Positions 9,686 to 19,367 of a stretch of DNA of 57,668 bases are shown piece after piece (position 1 is the first letter of the stretch; every line of letters starts with the position of its first letter). The notes below the pieces were generated by a model that ran no database searches, had not been told where the DNA came from, and saw only the letters and a list, made by a program, of their open reading frames with translations. Where the stretch lies: NCBI GenBank assembly GCA_036826335.1, contig DAISWP010000002.1:33583-91250 (forward strand), read 5' to 3'. The stretch comes from Candidatus Saccharimonadota bacterium (GTDB lineage: Bacteria; Patescibacteriota; Saccharimonadia; Saccharimonadales; AWTP1-31). The translations under genes were made by a program, and so were the position numbers.

Positions 9686-10041
9686 AAAGAGCCGTTTGTT
9701 TGGGGTGCTTCAGGTTCAACTGGCTGATCATCTGGAGGCGATACTGCCCCTTCTTGCTCGACTACTGGCGCTTCTGCAGGCACCGCACCAAGTGAATCCT
9801 CAGCTACTACAGGCTCATCTGCAGGCACCGTACTTTCAGATGGCGCAACAGTTGTCCCGGCGGCTGGGACGTCGACAACAGGCGAATCGGATGACATGCT
9901 CGGTATAGTTGTCGGATCGGCAGCGCCTAATGGCGTAACTACCTGGGAATCTGTAGGCATTGATGCTGGAGGCATGCCCGCATCAACTACAGTTGGGTCT
10001 GGTGATGGTTGATTGGTGTTCTGATCTTGTGTTGGGTTCAT
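9682..10041 (-). CDS. Acidic Pro/Val/Asp-rich low-complexity protein
   Basis: 119 aa. RBS is AAGGAG upstream of ATG 10041. No TM segment and no recognisable domain. Confidence 0.5.
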   Translation of the reverse strand: MNPTQDQNTNQPSPDPTVVDAGMPPASMPTDSQVVTPLGAADPTTIPSMSSDSPVVDVPAAGTTVAPSESTVPADEPVVAEDSLGAVPAEAPVVEQEGAVSPPDDQPVEPEAPQTNGSF

Positions 10042-10128
10042 TATATTTTCTCCTTATCCCCATAATACTTTGTTTATGGCAAATTTCCAAAACACTTATG
10101 TTTCGCCTATTCTGAAGCGTGCAACATT

Positions 10129-10137
10129 TGTTATACT
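10129..10137 (+). promoter_or_regulatory. Extended -10 promoter (TGtTATACT), leaderless configuration
   Basis: TGtTATACT ends 6 nt before ATG 10144. Confidence 0.45.
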
Positions 10138-10143
10138 GTGCTT

Positions 10144-10935
10144 ATGGATATAAGTGAAGTAATACGCGTCTGTGGTGCCGCTGTTTTCTGCTACATGAGC
10201 TGTTGGTTTATTTTTGGGACACTGTTAAAACGCAATGATGTTGCAGACATCGCGTGGGGTCTTGGCTTTGTGCTTGTTGCACTGTTAGCTTTCAGCCTTA
10301 ATGATAACCCTGGGTTTCTTGCAAAAATAGCACTCATCCTAACGGGCGTTTGGGGCTTTCGACTAGCTGCACACATTCTATTTCGGAACAGACAGAAGGC
10401 TGAAGATTTTCGTTATGCAACCTGGCGAAAACAATGGGGTAACTGGTATCTTGTAAGGAGTTTCGGACAAATTTATTTACTGCAAGGTGCCCTCTTGCTT
10501 GTTGTTGCCCTTCCGGTAATTGTTGCCGCAAGTGGGTCGCACACCACCACCGTGTCTGCCTGGGCTGCTGCCGGTATCCTTACCTGGGCGTTTGGATTTT
10601 ATTTTGAGTCTGTCGCTGATTGGCAACTACGTCGGTTTGTATCGAATCCCAAGAACAAAGGCAAGGTAATGGACATTGGTTTATGGCGCTACACCCGCCA
10701 CCCTAATTATTTTGGTGAGGTAACACTGTGGTGGGGACTCTGGCTTGTGGTCATGGCAACAGATGTTAGTGCACCATTAAAAATACTGTCTGGGGCGGGA
10801 CCAATGGCTATCACCTTGTTGATCCTCTACGTGTCCGGTGTCCCTCTGCTCGAGAAAAAGTATGCAACAAATGATGCGTATCAAACCTATGCCAAAAAGA
10901 CGAGCAAGTTTTTCCCACGTAGCCCAAAGAGTTAA
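10144..10935 (+). CDS. DUF1295 / steroid 5-alpha-reductase-like membrane protein
   Basis: Multi-TM protein with an RHPNYFGE motif. The ORF track starts at GTG 10138, but ATG 10144 fits the leaderless promoter spacing. Confidence 0.75.
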   Translation: MDISEVIRVCGAAVFCYMSCWFIFGTLLKRNDVADIAWGLGFVLVALLAFSLNDNPGFLAKIALILTGVWGFRLAAHILFRNRQKAEDFRYATWRKQWGNWYLVRSFGQIYLLQGALLLVVALPVIVAASGSHTTTVSAWAAAGILTWAFGFYFESVADWQLRRFVSNPKNKGKVMDIGLWRYTRHPNYFGEVTLWWGLWLVVMATDVSAPLKILSGAGPMAITLLILYVSGVPLLEKKYATNDAYQTYAKKTSKFFPRSPKS

Positions 10936-10944
10936 ATTGTTCGT

Positions 10945-10973
10945 TTGCATTAATTCTACCGCTCTTCCATAAT
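10945..10973 (+). promoter_or_regulatory. Sigma70-type promoter TTGCAT-17-CATAAT for guaA (leaderless)
   Basis: TTGCAT at 10945-10950, a 17-nt spacer, CATAAT at 10968-10973, then 6 nt to ATG 10980. No SD sequence present. Confidence 0.6.
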
Positions 10974-10979
10974 CTAGGC

Positions 10980-12902
10980 ATGCCAGCTAAAGACAACACT
11001 GTTTCTCAGCCAGTTCATAAGCGCCCCAACCGTGTTGCGGTAATCGACTTTGGTGGTCAATATGTAGATCTTGTGGTTAAAGCCTGTCAGCGACAAGGGT
11101 TTCTGACAGACTTGGTCCCATCCACCACTAGTTATGCAAAGCTCAAGGATGTCTATGGGGCAATTGTTCTGAGTGGCAGCCCCGCGAACTCTTCTGGCGA
11201 CGAGCAAGCACCAATGCCAGACGCCTCTATACTGTCACAGAACAGCATGCCAATCTTAGGGATATGCTACGGGCACCAAATACTTGCCCGTCATTTTGGA
11301 GGAACAGTTTTGCGCGGAACCGTACGCGAGGACAAACGGGCACCAACAAACCTAACTGTAACGCACCCCCTTTTTTACGACGTTAAAGAGAACCCCACTG
11401 TGCTCTTCACTCATGGTGACTTTGTGGCTGACTTGCCAGGCGATGTCGTCGTCATTGGTCAACACACGCTTCGTGCAAACAACAAAGATATGCGTGTTTA
11501 CTCAGCTATTGCCAAGGATAATATGGTCGGTGTTCAATTTCACCCAGAAGTTTTTGATGACACGCCAGAGGGTTATCAGATATTCCATAACTTTCTCGTT
11601 GGTATCGCCGGTCTATCTCCCGATCTTGGCTACATAGAGAGGCTGAACAAGCAAACCATTGGCCGCAAGCGAAAACCGATCAGAAAAGCAGTCGGTACAC
11701 GCCCAGTTATTGCATTTGTTAGCGGCGGCGTTGACTCAAGTGTCATGATTGCCCTAGCGAAAACAGCTATCCCAGCTTCGCAACTTCACGCCTTTTACAT
11801 AGACAATGGGCTAATGAGGGCCGAAGACAATGCAGTTATTGACGTACTGAAACACACCGGCGTTCCTGTGCAAAAGTACGATGCTTCTAGACAATTCTTG
11901 ACTGCGCTAAAAGGTGTTAGCGACCCTGAGACGAAACGCAAAGTTATTGGCAGGCAATTCGTAACTGTCCAGGACCAGATTATTCACGACCTAGGACTGT
12001 CAGAGGCCATGCTCCTGCAAGGGACGAACGCAGCTGATCGTATAGAGAGTGGCAACAGTACTGCAAGCCAGCACACCGCAACTATCAAAACACACCACAA
12101 CCAGGTTTCGGAAATTCAAGAACTGAAACGCCACGGGCTACTCCTAGAGCCACTCGATGACTTATTTAAAGACGAGATTCGTAGTGTTGGTATAAGCCTG
12201 GGATTGCCAGACCTTGTTGTCTCACGGCATCCATTTCCGGGGCCAGGCTTAGGAATACGCGTTTTGTGTACAGATAGCTGTCTGGACCGCACACCGGCCA
12301 GCACAGCTACGAGCAACCAAATCCAAGCTTTCTGCAGAGAGCAAACAAGTAATGAAAAGTTAGCCGCAAAATTATTGCCCGTTCTGAGTGTCGGCGTAGC
12401 TGGCGACGAGAGAACACACCTACCAATTTTGGCAGTTCAGGGAGTTACAGACTGGAAAGAAGCAAGGATCTTGGCAGAACACACACCCTCGCACTTTCAT
12501 GGGAAACTAAACAGAGTTGTAGTTGCTCTTGGCCCACAAGATATTAAGGATTTGAGCATCGTGACAACTACCCTCACTACAAAGGTGCTTGATCAGTTAA
12601 GGACTGCAGATACGATCATCTTTGAGACAATGCGCAAATTTGGGGTACTCCCCGCAATCAAACAGTGCCCCGTTGTATTGTTGCCCTTAGGTTTTGGGGC
12701 AGATAAAACAGCACGGTCAATTGTTCTCCGCCCTGTTGCCACCTCAACATTTATGACAGTTAAAGCCATGTTGCCGGTATTAGACTTGCCAGAAGTATTC
12801 ATCAAAGAGTCTGCCCACAGAATCCTAAGCGAAGTGCCCGGCATATCTCAGGTTTTTATAGATGCGACAAATAAACCCCCCGCTACAACTGAATACGAAT
12901 AG
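10980..12902 (+). CDS. guaA: GMP synthase (glutamine-hydrolysing), long form
   Basis: GATase domain (GICYGHQ, HPE), ATP-PPase P-loop (SGGVDSSV) and a C-terminal PPATTEYE motif. At 640 aa it is longer than typical bacterial GuaA. Confidence 0.9.
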   Translation: MPAKDNTVSQPVHKRPNRVAVIDFGGQYVDLVVKACQRQGFLTDLVPSTTSYAKLKDVYGAIVLSGSPANSSGDEQAPMPDASILSQNSMPILGICYGHQILARHFGGTVLRGTVREDKRAPTNLTVTHPLFYDVKENPTVLFTHGDFVADLPGDVVVIGQHTLRANNKDMRVYSAIAKDNMVGVQFHPEVFDDTPEGYQIFHNFLVGIAGLSPDLGYIERLNKQTIGRKRKPIRKAVGTRPVIAFVSGGVDSSVMIALAKTAIPASQLHAFYIDNGLMRAEDNAVIDVLKHTGVPVQKYDASRQFLTALKGVSDPETKRKVIGRQFVTVQDQIIHDLGLSEAMLLQGTNAADRIESGNSTASQHTATIKTHHNQVSEIQELKRHGLLLEPLDDLFKDEIRSVGISLGLPDLVVSRHPFPGPGLGIRVLCTDSCLDRTPASTATSNQIQAFCREQTSNEKLAAKLLPVLSVGVAGDERTHLPILAVQGVTDWKEARILAEHTPSHFHGKLNRVVVALGPQDIKDLSIVTTTLTTKVLDQLRTADTIIFETMRKFGVLPAIKQCPVVLLPLGFGADKTARSIVLRPVATSTFMTVKAMLPVLDLPEVFIKESAHRILSEVPGISQVFIDATNKPPATTEYE

Positions 12903-12922
12903 GCCACCCCGCCCCTGCAGTC

Positions 12923-12931
12923 TGATACAAT
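12923..12931 (+). promoter_or_regulatory. Extended -10 promoter (TGaTACAAT), leaderless configuration
   Basis: Ends 7 nt before ATG 12939. Confidence 0.45.
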
Positions 12932-12938
12932 AAAAGCG

Positions 12939-13802
12939 ATGGCTACAGCGATTCGTCTCTCTAGGGTAACGAAGCAATTTTCAAACGGAAAAGGTATACA
13001 TAATGTAAACCTCCATGTTGAAGGCGGCCAGATCTTTGGTTTTTTGGGCCCTAATGGTGCCGGGAAAACCACCACGATCAGATGCATTATGGACTTCATT
13101 CGTCCACAGGCGGGGACGGTTCGTGTTTTTTCTAAATCCGCTCAAGACAGTTCGTCCCGACAACAAATAGGGTACGTCCCGTCGGATCCTCAGCTTTACC
13201 CAAACTGGACAGGCTCAGATCACCTTAGTCTTTACGAAAGCATTCGGGGGAAAACAGGCTTAGACAACACCATTAAGCGCCTCGGTCTCGATATGTCAGT
13301 CCGATTTAAACATTTATCATCGGGGAATAAACAGAAACTGGCACTTCTGCTTGCATTTGCCGGTTCACCAAAGTTGCTCATTATGGATGAGCCTACCAAG
13401 GGTCTTGACCCACTATTACAACAAACTATCTATGACCTCCTTCGTGAATTTAAGGCCGCTGGTGGTACCGTGTTTTTGTCATCCCACAACCTGCCAGAGG
13501 TCGAAAAAGTGTGTGATCGGGTTGCGGTCATTCGCGAAGGGCAGATTGTTGCAGACCAGACCATGGGAAGTATCCGGGAAATGAGTATTCATATTATTTC
13601 TGCGGTTACTTCAAAACCTGTTGGTAGCAGCTCTCTCAAACTTGAAGGCGTGACAGTTCTGCATCACACTGGTACGCATCTTCTGCTCAAGGTTAAGGGG
13701 GATCTGAACCCTATTATGCATGTACTGAGTGGGTATACATTAAAAGATCTGGAAGTAAACCACGCGAGTCTAGAAGATATATTCATGGAGTACTACACAT
13801 GA
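12939..13802 (+). CDS. ABC transporter ATP-binding protein (ABC-2 type)
   Basis: Walker A (GPNGAGKTT), signature (LSSGNKQK) and Walker B (LLIMDEP). Confidence 0.9.
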   Translation: MATAIRLSRVTKQFSNGKGIHNVNLHVEGGQIFGFLGPNGAGKTTTIRCIMDFIRPQAGTVRVFSKSAQDSSSRQQIGYVPSDPQLYPNWTGSDHLSLYESIRGKTGLDNTIKRLGLDMSVRFKHLSSGNKQKLALLLAFAGSPKLLIMDEPTKGLDPLLQQTIYDLLREFKAAGGTVFLSSHNLPEVEKVCDRVAVIREGQIVADQTMGSIREMSIHIISAVTSKPVGSSSLKLEGVTVLHHTGTHLLLKVKGDLNPIMHVLSGYTLKDLEVNHASLEDIFMEYYT

Positions 13803-14602
13803 TCGCAATTATCAGAAGAGAGTTCCGCGAGAAGAAAACCTCACTCATATTTTACTGTCTGGCCATTCTACTTTTATTGTGGATCTACGTAGCGCTCTTC
13901 CCCTCACTTCAATCTCAGGCAGAGACGTACAACAAGATAATCGACACTATGCCAGAGGCCTATAAAAAAGCATTCGGGGTTACGGGCACAGGGTTAGAAA
14001 ATTTAGGGAGTTATTTATCCATAGAACTCTATAGCCTTATGTGGCCCGTATTGACCATCTTCTTTGTTCTGGCTAGAGCGTGTGGTAGTTTTGCTGGAGA
14101 GATTGAACGCGGAACCATTGGCACGTTATTAGCACAGCCGATTAGTCGTGGCCGTCTCTTTATTGCAAAATACCTAAGCAGTGTTCTCGCACTGATCACG
14201 CTCGTTGTGGTTTCCTGCATCACGCCGATTGGTCTAGCGGCATTATTCTCGCTACAACTTGATGCGGGTGCATTTTTGCAGCTGAGCGTCATGGCATTTG
14301 GGTTTGGTATGGCTGCGTTTAGTATTGGTCTCGTTTGTGCAACAATTTTAAGCGAAAAAAGCAAAGCATACGGCATAACTGGGGCACTCTTTTTAATCAT
14401 GTATGTCTGCAATATTCTGGCAGGGATAAAGCCAAGCCTAGATTCGTTGAAGTATGGATCCCTTTTCCACTATTTCAATGCAAGTGACATACTCAGTCGT
14501 CACATTTTCAGCTGGGGATCTATGGGGCTTTTTCTGTTAATCACCATTTGCGCAACTATGTTCAGCTACCTTTGGTTTAATAAAAGAGACATCAGCATCT
14601 AG
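13799..14602 (+). CDS. ABC-2 family transporter permease
   Basis: 267 aa, about 6 TM segments. ATGA overlap with the ATPase gene. Confidence 0.75.
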   Translation: MIAIIRREFREKKTSLIFYCLAILLLLWIYVALFPSLQSQAETYNKIIDTMPEAYKKAFGVTGTGLENLGSYLSIELYSLMWPVLTIFFVLARACGSFAGEIERGTIGTLLAQPISRGRLFIAKYLSSVLALITLVVVSCITPIGLAALFSLQLDAGAFLQLSVMAFGFGMAAFSIGLVCATILSEKSKAYGITGALFLIMYVCNILAGIKPSLDSLKYGSLFHYFNASDILSRHIFSWGSMGLFLLITICATMFSYLWFNKRDISI

Positions 14603-15555
14603 TGTCTAACATAATCTCTCACAGAAAAAACCTTTATCGAGTCATCGGCATGGTGGGAACCGTATTGTGTGTTGTTATTTTCTTACGCAGCCCGAGTTGG
14701 CCCACGCCAGACAAACTACTTGTCATTATGACGTTTGGGGCGATGATCTTTGGGCAGGCAAAGCAACTGCTAAAACGATTTTTGCCGTTTATAGGCCTGC
14801 TACTTGTCTATGAGTCCTTTCGTGGGCTAGCCCACCAACTGAACGCCCGTGTTAACTACCTCTGGATGCCCGAAGCCGATCGCACTATTTTTGGGGTTCT
14901 TCCGACAGCGTGGCTACAACATGCGTGGTGGAACGGGACATTGCATTGGTTTGATTTTGCCTTTTATATTTTCTATATGCTGCACTTTATATTTCCGATT
15001 GGGCTCGGTATAGTGATTTGGAAATTACGGGACAACTACTATTGGCAATATGCCGCTAACTACATAGTCTTATCGTTTCTCGGGTTTTTGACATACCTGG
15101 CATTCCCCGCTGCTCCGCCCTGGATGGCTTCTGACAAGGGCCTAATCGAACCTGTAGACCGGGTGTCGTCTAGCGTGTGGGCTGCATTGGGTATCCATGA
15201 CTTCCCGTCCGTTTACAACAAGATTGCCCCGAATCCAGTTGCTGCAGTGCCTTCTTTGCACGCTGCATATGCGACACTTTTTGTAATAATTGTGTACAAA
15301 CTTTTTGGCAAAAAATGGGCAGCACTTAGCTTTGTGTACCCACTCATGATATACGTGGGCACGGTCTACCAGGGTGAACACTATGCTATTGATGCTATTC
15401 TTGGGATTCTTTATGCACTGGTTGCCTACATGCTCGTTAACTGCACATTCAAGAAGCTACTGCCAAAAGTCAGAAATAAAAGATTGTACAAAAAAATACG
15501 CACGCAAATTCGCAAGAATCGAGTTTATAAAATTATACTAGCTAGTCTTGCTTGA
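14602..15555 (+). CDS. PAP2-family membrane phosphatase/transferase-like protein
   Basis: Multi-TM protein with PSLHAAY and GEHYAIDAILG, resembling the PAP2 PSxH and HxxxD motifs. The GTG start at 14602 is uncertain. Confidence 0.65.
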   Translation: MSNIISHRKNLYRVIGMVGTVLCVVIFLRSPSWPTPDKLLVIMTFGAMIFGQAKQLLKRFLPFIGLLLVYESFRGLAHQLNARVNYLWMPEADRTIFGVLPTAWLQHAWWNGTLHWFDFAFYIFYMLHFIFPIGLGIVIWKLRDNYYWQYAANYIVLSFLGFLTYLAFPAAPPWMASDKGLIEPVDRVSSSVWAALGIHDFPSVYNKIAPNPVAAVPSLHAAYATLFVIIVYKLFGKKWAALSFVYPLMIYVGTVYQGEHYAIDAILGILYALVAYMLVNCTFKKLLPKVRNKRLYKKIRTQIRKNRVYKIILASLA

Positions 15556-16192
15556 GTGGGCTTTGTTCTTGGCGCCACGCAGCTATTTCTGCGTGATTCC
15601 CACTTAACAGTACATTGGGAACCTTCATATCTCGAAATTCTTCTGGCCGCGTGTAGTGAGGGTGTTCTAACGTCACACCGTCGCTGAAGCTTTCATTTTG
15701 AGCACTCGTTTCGCCTCCGAGAACGCCAGGCAGCAAACGCACTACACTGTCAGCAACAATCATTGCCGGCAACTCACCACCAGTAAGAACAAAGTCACCT
15801 ACTGATATCTGCTCGTCTACAAGCGTAGTGATCCGCTCATCGTACCCTTCGTAACGACCACAGATAATAATTAACCCCGATTGTTTAGATAAGTTCATTG
15901 CCTCGGACTGTTTATAACGCTTCCCCCGCGGTGTCATTAAAAGTACTTTTGCCGTGGGATCGGATTTTTTTGCGTATTCTACAGCCGCGAAGAGTGGCTC
16001 GGGCTTCAAAAGCATACCATCCCCACCACCATACGGTATGTCATCTACTGTTTTTCTGGGGCCGAGCCCAAAATCACGCAAGTTTACACAGACAAACTCT
16101 ATGCCATTCTTCTCTTGCGCTTTGCGCAGCATACTGGTGTTAAACACCCCAGGGAACATATCTGGGAATAGTGTTATGATTTGAATTTTCAT
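15542..16192 (-). CDS. trmD: tRNA (guanine37-N1)-methyltransferase
   Basis: MKIQIITLFPDMFPG... plus the DFVLTGGELPAM motif. A TATACT box sits 8 nt upstream of the ATG. Confidence 0.95.
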   Translation of the reverse strand: MKIQIITLFPDMFPGVFNTSMLRKAQEKNGIEFVCVNLRDFGLGPRKTVDDIPYGGGDGMLLKPEPLFAAVEYAKKSDPTAKVLLMTPRGKRYKQSEAMNLSKQSGLIIICGRYEGYDERITTLVDEQISVGDFVLTGGELPAMIVADSVVRLLPGVLGGETSAQNESFSDGVTLEHPHYTRPEEFRDMKVPNVLLSGNHAEIAAWRQEQSPLKQD

Positions 16193-16240
16193 ATCTTAGT
16201 AGTATATCAACTCTCTGGACAATAGTAACATCGTAGCCAA

Positions 16241-16266
16241 ACAAAAAGAACCCTGTCAAAGGGTTC
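16241..16266 (-). terminator. Rho-independent terminator downstream of the rpsP-KH unit
   Basis: Minus strand reads GAACCCTTTGACAGGGTTC followed by TTTTTGT. Confidence 0.6.
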
Positions 16267-16375
16267 CGTCTGTCACATAAAGCTCCCACTTTTGGTGGCT
16301 CGCAATGAGCTTTTCGATTTTTTTGGTCTTTCGACTCCGCTATAGTATATAGAATTCGTTAGTGGTTTTGCAACC

Positions 16376-16819
16376 CTAGACGTCAAGATCATCGAGCTCT
16401 TCGAGCTCTCTACGTGTCTTGCTAATTACATCACTATGATCGGCTTTGTATTCCTCTGGGTCCTCATTATCATCGTCGGCTGTTGTCACAGGCTGGTCAT
16501 TTTGATCGTCTGACTTCGGTGAGGCAGTTGTCTGTTCTGCTAAAGGCTCCCTGGTTCTGTTTGAGTCATAAACACCATTATCAATAATCTTCAGGTTATA
16601 CCGTGCTTCATTTTTTGTGCCAAGCGCCCTAAGAAGTGTCCTTAGACTCTGAGCAGTTGCTCCTCGCTTGCCAATAACACGACCGAGATCTTCAGGATCG
16701 ACTGTTAGTTCTAAAAGGACACCCTTTTCGTCGATTGTTCTGTTAATAGAAACTGCGTCTGGCTTACCAACCAGTGATTTTACAACAAACTCTACAAACT
16801 GTTGGTCAATACTACTCAT
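16376..16819 (-). CDS. KH-domain RNA-binding protein (YlqC-like) with an acidic C-terminal tail
   Basis: VIGKRGATAQSLRTL contains the GxxG KH motif. Sits immediately downstream of rpsP, as in many bacteria. Confidence 0.85.
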   Translation of the reverse strand: MSSIDQQFVEFVVKSLVGKPDAVSINRTIDEKGVLLELTVDPEDLGRVIGKRGATAQSLRTLLRALGTKNEARYNLKIIDNGVYDSNRTREPLAEQTTASPKSDDQNDQPVTTADDDNEDPEEYKADHSDVISKTRRELEELDDLDV

Positions 16820-16885
16820 GACAGAAACTCCGTTTAGTTACAATACTTAGTATATCAAACCCGTAAAACAACTGTACTTGCAGTA

Positions 16886-17332
16886 CTATTCTGCTGCCTT
16901 CTCTGCCACTTCTTCGGCAGGAGCTTCCTGCTTCGCAGTATTTTCAGCATCAGTCGTGTCTTCTTCGTTGGCGGTAGCTACTGGAGCCGGTGCTTCCTCG
17001 GTCTTTGGCTTTTCTTCTGCTGGTTGATTCTTGCGTAATTTATCAGGGTTTCTTGTGGTTTTGGCGGTTTGCCCACTCAGTGCAACCCAACCCGGCAAGG
17101 CAACGCCCTCTTTTTGCAGCAGACGAGCGACCCTATCTGATGGCTGGGCACCATGCTCAAGATAGAAACCTGCTTTTTCTTTATTCAGCGTACTCGTCTT
17201 GGTGTGTGGGTCATAACTACCGAGAGTTGCGACGACACGACCACTGGTTGGGGTCTGGCGACTGTCCTGCACAACCATTCGGAACATAGCATGTCCCTTT
17301 CGACCCGTGCGCTGCATGCGAATAGCGAGCAT
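16886..17332 (-). CDS. rpsP: 30S ribosomal protein S16 with an Ala/Glu/Pro-rich C-terminal extension
   Basis: MLAIRMQRTGRKGHAMFRMVV... RBS is AAAGGA. Confidence 0.95.
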   Translation of the reverse strand: MLAIRMQRTGRKGHAMFRMVVQDSRQTPTSGRVVATLGSYDPHTKTSTLNKEKAGFYLEHGAQPSDRVARLLQKEGVALPGWVALSGQTAKTTRNPDKLRKNQPAEEKPKTEEAPAPVATANEEDTTDAENTAKQEAPAEEVAEKAAE

Positions 17333-17410
17333 AAAATATAGTCCTTTGTTATTACCTAATAATTAGATTAGGTTGATTATAGAGGTAATCGTATAAAAAG
17401 TCAACGGCTA

Positions 17411-18124
17411 TCACCCCTGTTTTTTGGGAGCATAATGCTGCAACGCTTCTTCGGCGGCTTTTTGTTGCCCGGCCTGCTTACTTGGGCCCGTTCCTTTACC
17501 CTTTAGTTCCCCGCCTACGAAAACACCAACTGTAAACAGTTTTTCATGATCAGGGCCCTCTTCTGACAGCACTTTATAATCAGGGGTAAAGCCCGTTTTA
17601 CTTTGAGCAACTTCTTGCAGATGAGATTTTGGATCCATCCAGGATCCGGTTCTTAGGATATCTTCAAATGTCGGCAGTAAGCTTTTCTCAATAAACGTTT
17701 TTGCAGCATCATAGCCCTGATCAAGGTACAGCGCACCAACGACGGCCTCATATGCATTCGCTAATATTTGCTCCCTGGCACGTTCAGTCCCACGCTTTTC
17801 ACCCCTACTTAGGCGCAATAGAGGCTCGAATAGTTCCCTTGAGGCTGCCGCACTAATACTTTCTGTACGAACCAATGCGCTACGCCAATTTGTTAAAATA
17901 CCTTCAGGATCTGGATGATTGGCATATAGGTATTCCGTGACGACCAATTCCAGAACCGCATCTCCCAAAAACTCTAAACGCTCATTGTGCTCTTTTACTG
18001 TTTTCCGGTGCTCATTAACGTACGAACGGTGCGTGAACGCCATGACGAGTAGCTGAATGTCATTAAATTTGGCACCCAGGTGTTCTGCGGCAAATGCAGT
18101 GTATTCGCTATAATTTTGCATCAC
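17411..18124 (-). CDS. rnc: Ribonuclease III
   Basis: NERLEFLGDAVLE signature and a C-terminal dsRBD. Confidence 0.95.
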   Translation of the reverse strand: MMQNYSEYTAFAAEHLGAKFNDIQLLVMAFTHRSYVNEHRKTVKEHNERLEFLGDAVLELVVTEYLYANHPDPEGILTNWRSALVRTESISAAASRELFEPLLRLSRGEKRGTERAREQILANAYEAVVGALYLDQGYDAAKTFIEKSLLPTFEDILRTGSWMDPKSHLQEVAQSKTGFTPDYKVLSEEGPDHEKLFTVGVFVGGELKGKGTGPSKQAGQQKAAEEALQHYAPKKQG

Positions 18125-18608
18125 GTATTTTTTTCAGCGCTAGTAATATAAGTTTTCCAATGTCTTCGTAGGCAATTTTATCCAACGCTTCATTTGCTTC
18201 AAACCATTTTATACCATTCATCCACTCTTCCGGCTTTAATTTATCAGTATCTCCTAAGGCCTTAACAAGGAAGATCTCAGTCGTCATAAGAACGAGACTG
18301 TTTGATCGCCGATAACGAAAGTTAATTTTTCCAAGCCAGTTATAAACCTCTACTTTTTCCAAGCCAGTTTCTTCTGCAATTTCGCGGCTTGCTGTCTGCT
18401 TCGATGTCTCGCCTTCTTCGATATGCCCCTTTGGGATTGTCCAGCGGTCTTTTGCATCCTGGATAAGCAAGATCTCTACCTTTTTTGTGGCAGGGTTGTG
18501 TCGAAATACCACGCCGCCAGCTGTTGGCTCGCGAACAACTTCGCTTATAGCTGGTCGTCTAGTTTTAACTAGTTTACGAAATCCTTGGATTGGTTTCGGT
18601 CTTTTCAT
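18108..18608 (-). CDS. NUDIX hydrolase
   Basis: Nudix box [22 protein letters not shown]. Confidence 0.85.
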   Translation of the reverse strand: MKRPKPIQGFRKLVKTRRPAISEVVREPTAGGVVFRHNPATKKVEILLIQDAKDRWTIPKGHIEEGETSKQTASREIAEETGLEKVEVYNWLGKINFRYRRSNSLVLMTTEIFLVKALGDTDKLKPEEWMNGIKWFEANEALDKIAYEDIGKLILLALKKIRDAKL

Positions 18609-19081
18609 GTCTGATCTTTCTTAGGTTTCTGTCTTCTTGATAAAACAATCGGCTTCTCTAAATGCTGTTTTAGCAACGTTCCAAGCACCCCATTTATAAA
18701 TTTTGAGCTGTTGTCGCCACCAAAGGCCTTTGCTAGTTCTACGGCTTCGTTAATAACAACCTTAGCCGGGACATCTTCGTCATTCACAAGCTCATATAAG
18801 CCGATGCGTAGAACAATGCGATCCATCCGTGCGATCTGATCTATTGGCCAGTCAGGCGCAACAGGCTGCAGCAGTGCGTCAAGTGTTGCGGCCTCAGCAG
18901 CAACTCCGTCTACAAGCGCACGTATAAAATCTTGATCATCGATAGTATCTTTGTATCGATCAAGATTCCGCCCTAGAATCTCTTCTACATCTACATCTGG
19001 ATCGGCACAGTCCACCCGAAACTCTTGTTCGTACAGAGTCTGCAGAGCGACGATTCGACCAAGATGACGATTTGAGGCCAT
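18605..19081 (-). CDS. nusB: Transcription antitermination factor NusB
   Basis: 158 aa with [20 protein letters not shown] motifs. Confidence 0.9.
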   Translation of the reverse strand: MASNRHLGRIVALQTLYEQEFRVDCADPDVDVEEILGRNLDRYKDTIDDQDFIRALVDGVAAEAATLDALLQPVAPDWPIDQIARMDRIVLRIGLYELVNDEDVPAKVVINEAVELAKAFGGDNSSKFINGVLGTLLKQHLEKPIVLSRRQKPKKDQT

Positions 19082-19141
19082 GTTGTTAAATTCCTATCTA
19101 TTATGTGCTAGCTATACCTATTATAGCTTAGAAAACTGAAA

Positions 19142-19288
19142 TTACGCTTTTGCTTTAGCGCTCTCTCGCTTGGTTGTTCGCACCTTAACAGGTGATTTTC
19201 CATTAACAACACGTGCCAACTTTAAAACAAGATGACTCCGTCTGGTGCCTGTTCGGCGGGGACTTGTGCGCTTCTTTGGCTTACCCAT
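19142..19288 (-). CDS. rpmF: 50S ribosomal protein L32
   Basis: Below the ORF-track cutoff. Product is MGKPKKRTSPRRTGTRRSHLVLKLARVVNGKSPVKVRTTKRESAKAKA. RBS is AAGGAG. Confidence 0.85.
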   Translation of the reverse strand: MGKPKKRTSPRRTGTRRSHLVLKLARVVNGKSPVKVRTTKRESAKAKA

Positions 19289-19332
19289 AGTAAACAAACT
19301 CCTTGCTACTCTTATCTGATAACGTTGTAGGC

Positions 19333-19361
19333 ATTATAGCCGCAAATAAACAATTACTCAA
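19333..19361 (-). promoter_or_regulatory. Sigma70-type promoter TTGAGT-17-TATAAT upstream of rpmF
   Basis: Minus strand reads TTGAGT (19361-19356), a 17-nt spacer, then TATAAT (19338-19333). A roughly 40-nt leader with an AAGGAG SD follows. Confidence 0.55.
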
Positions 19362-19367
19362 GTTTCG

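Noticed and set aside
16193-16375. Possible degraded rimM between the KH-protein gene and trmD
   Set aside because: The gap is only 183 nt, whereas rimM needs about 500 nt. It contains a clean terminator plus a TATACT box for trmD and has no residual ORF. rimM is simply absent from this locus.
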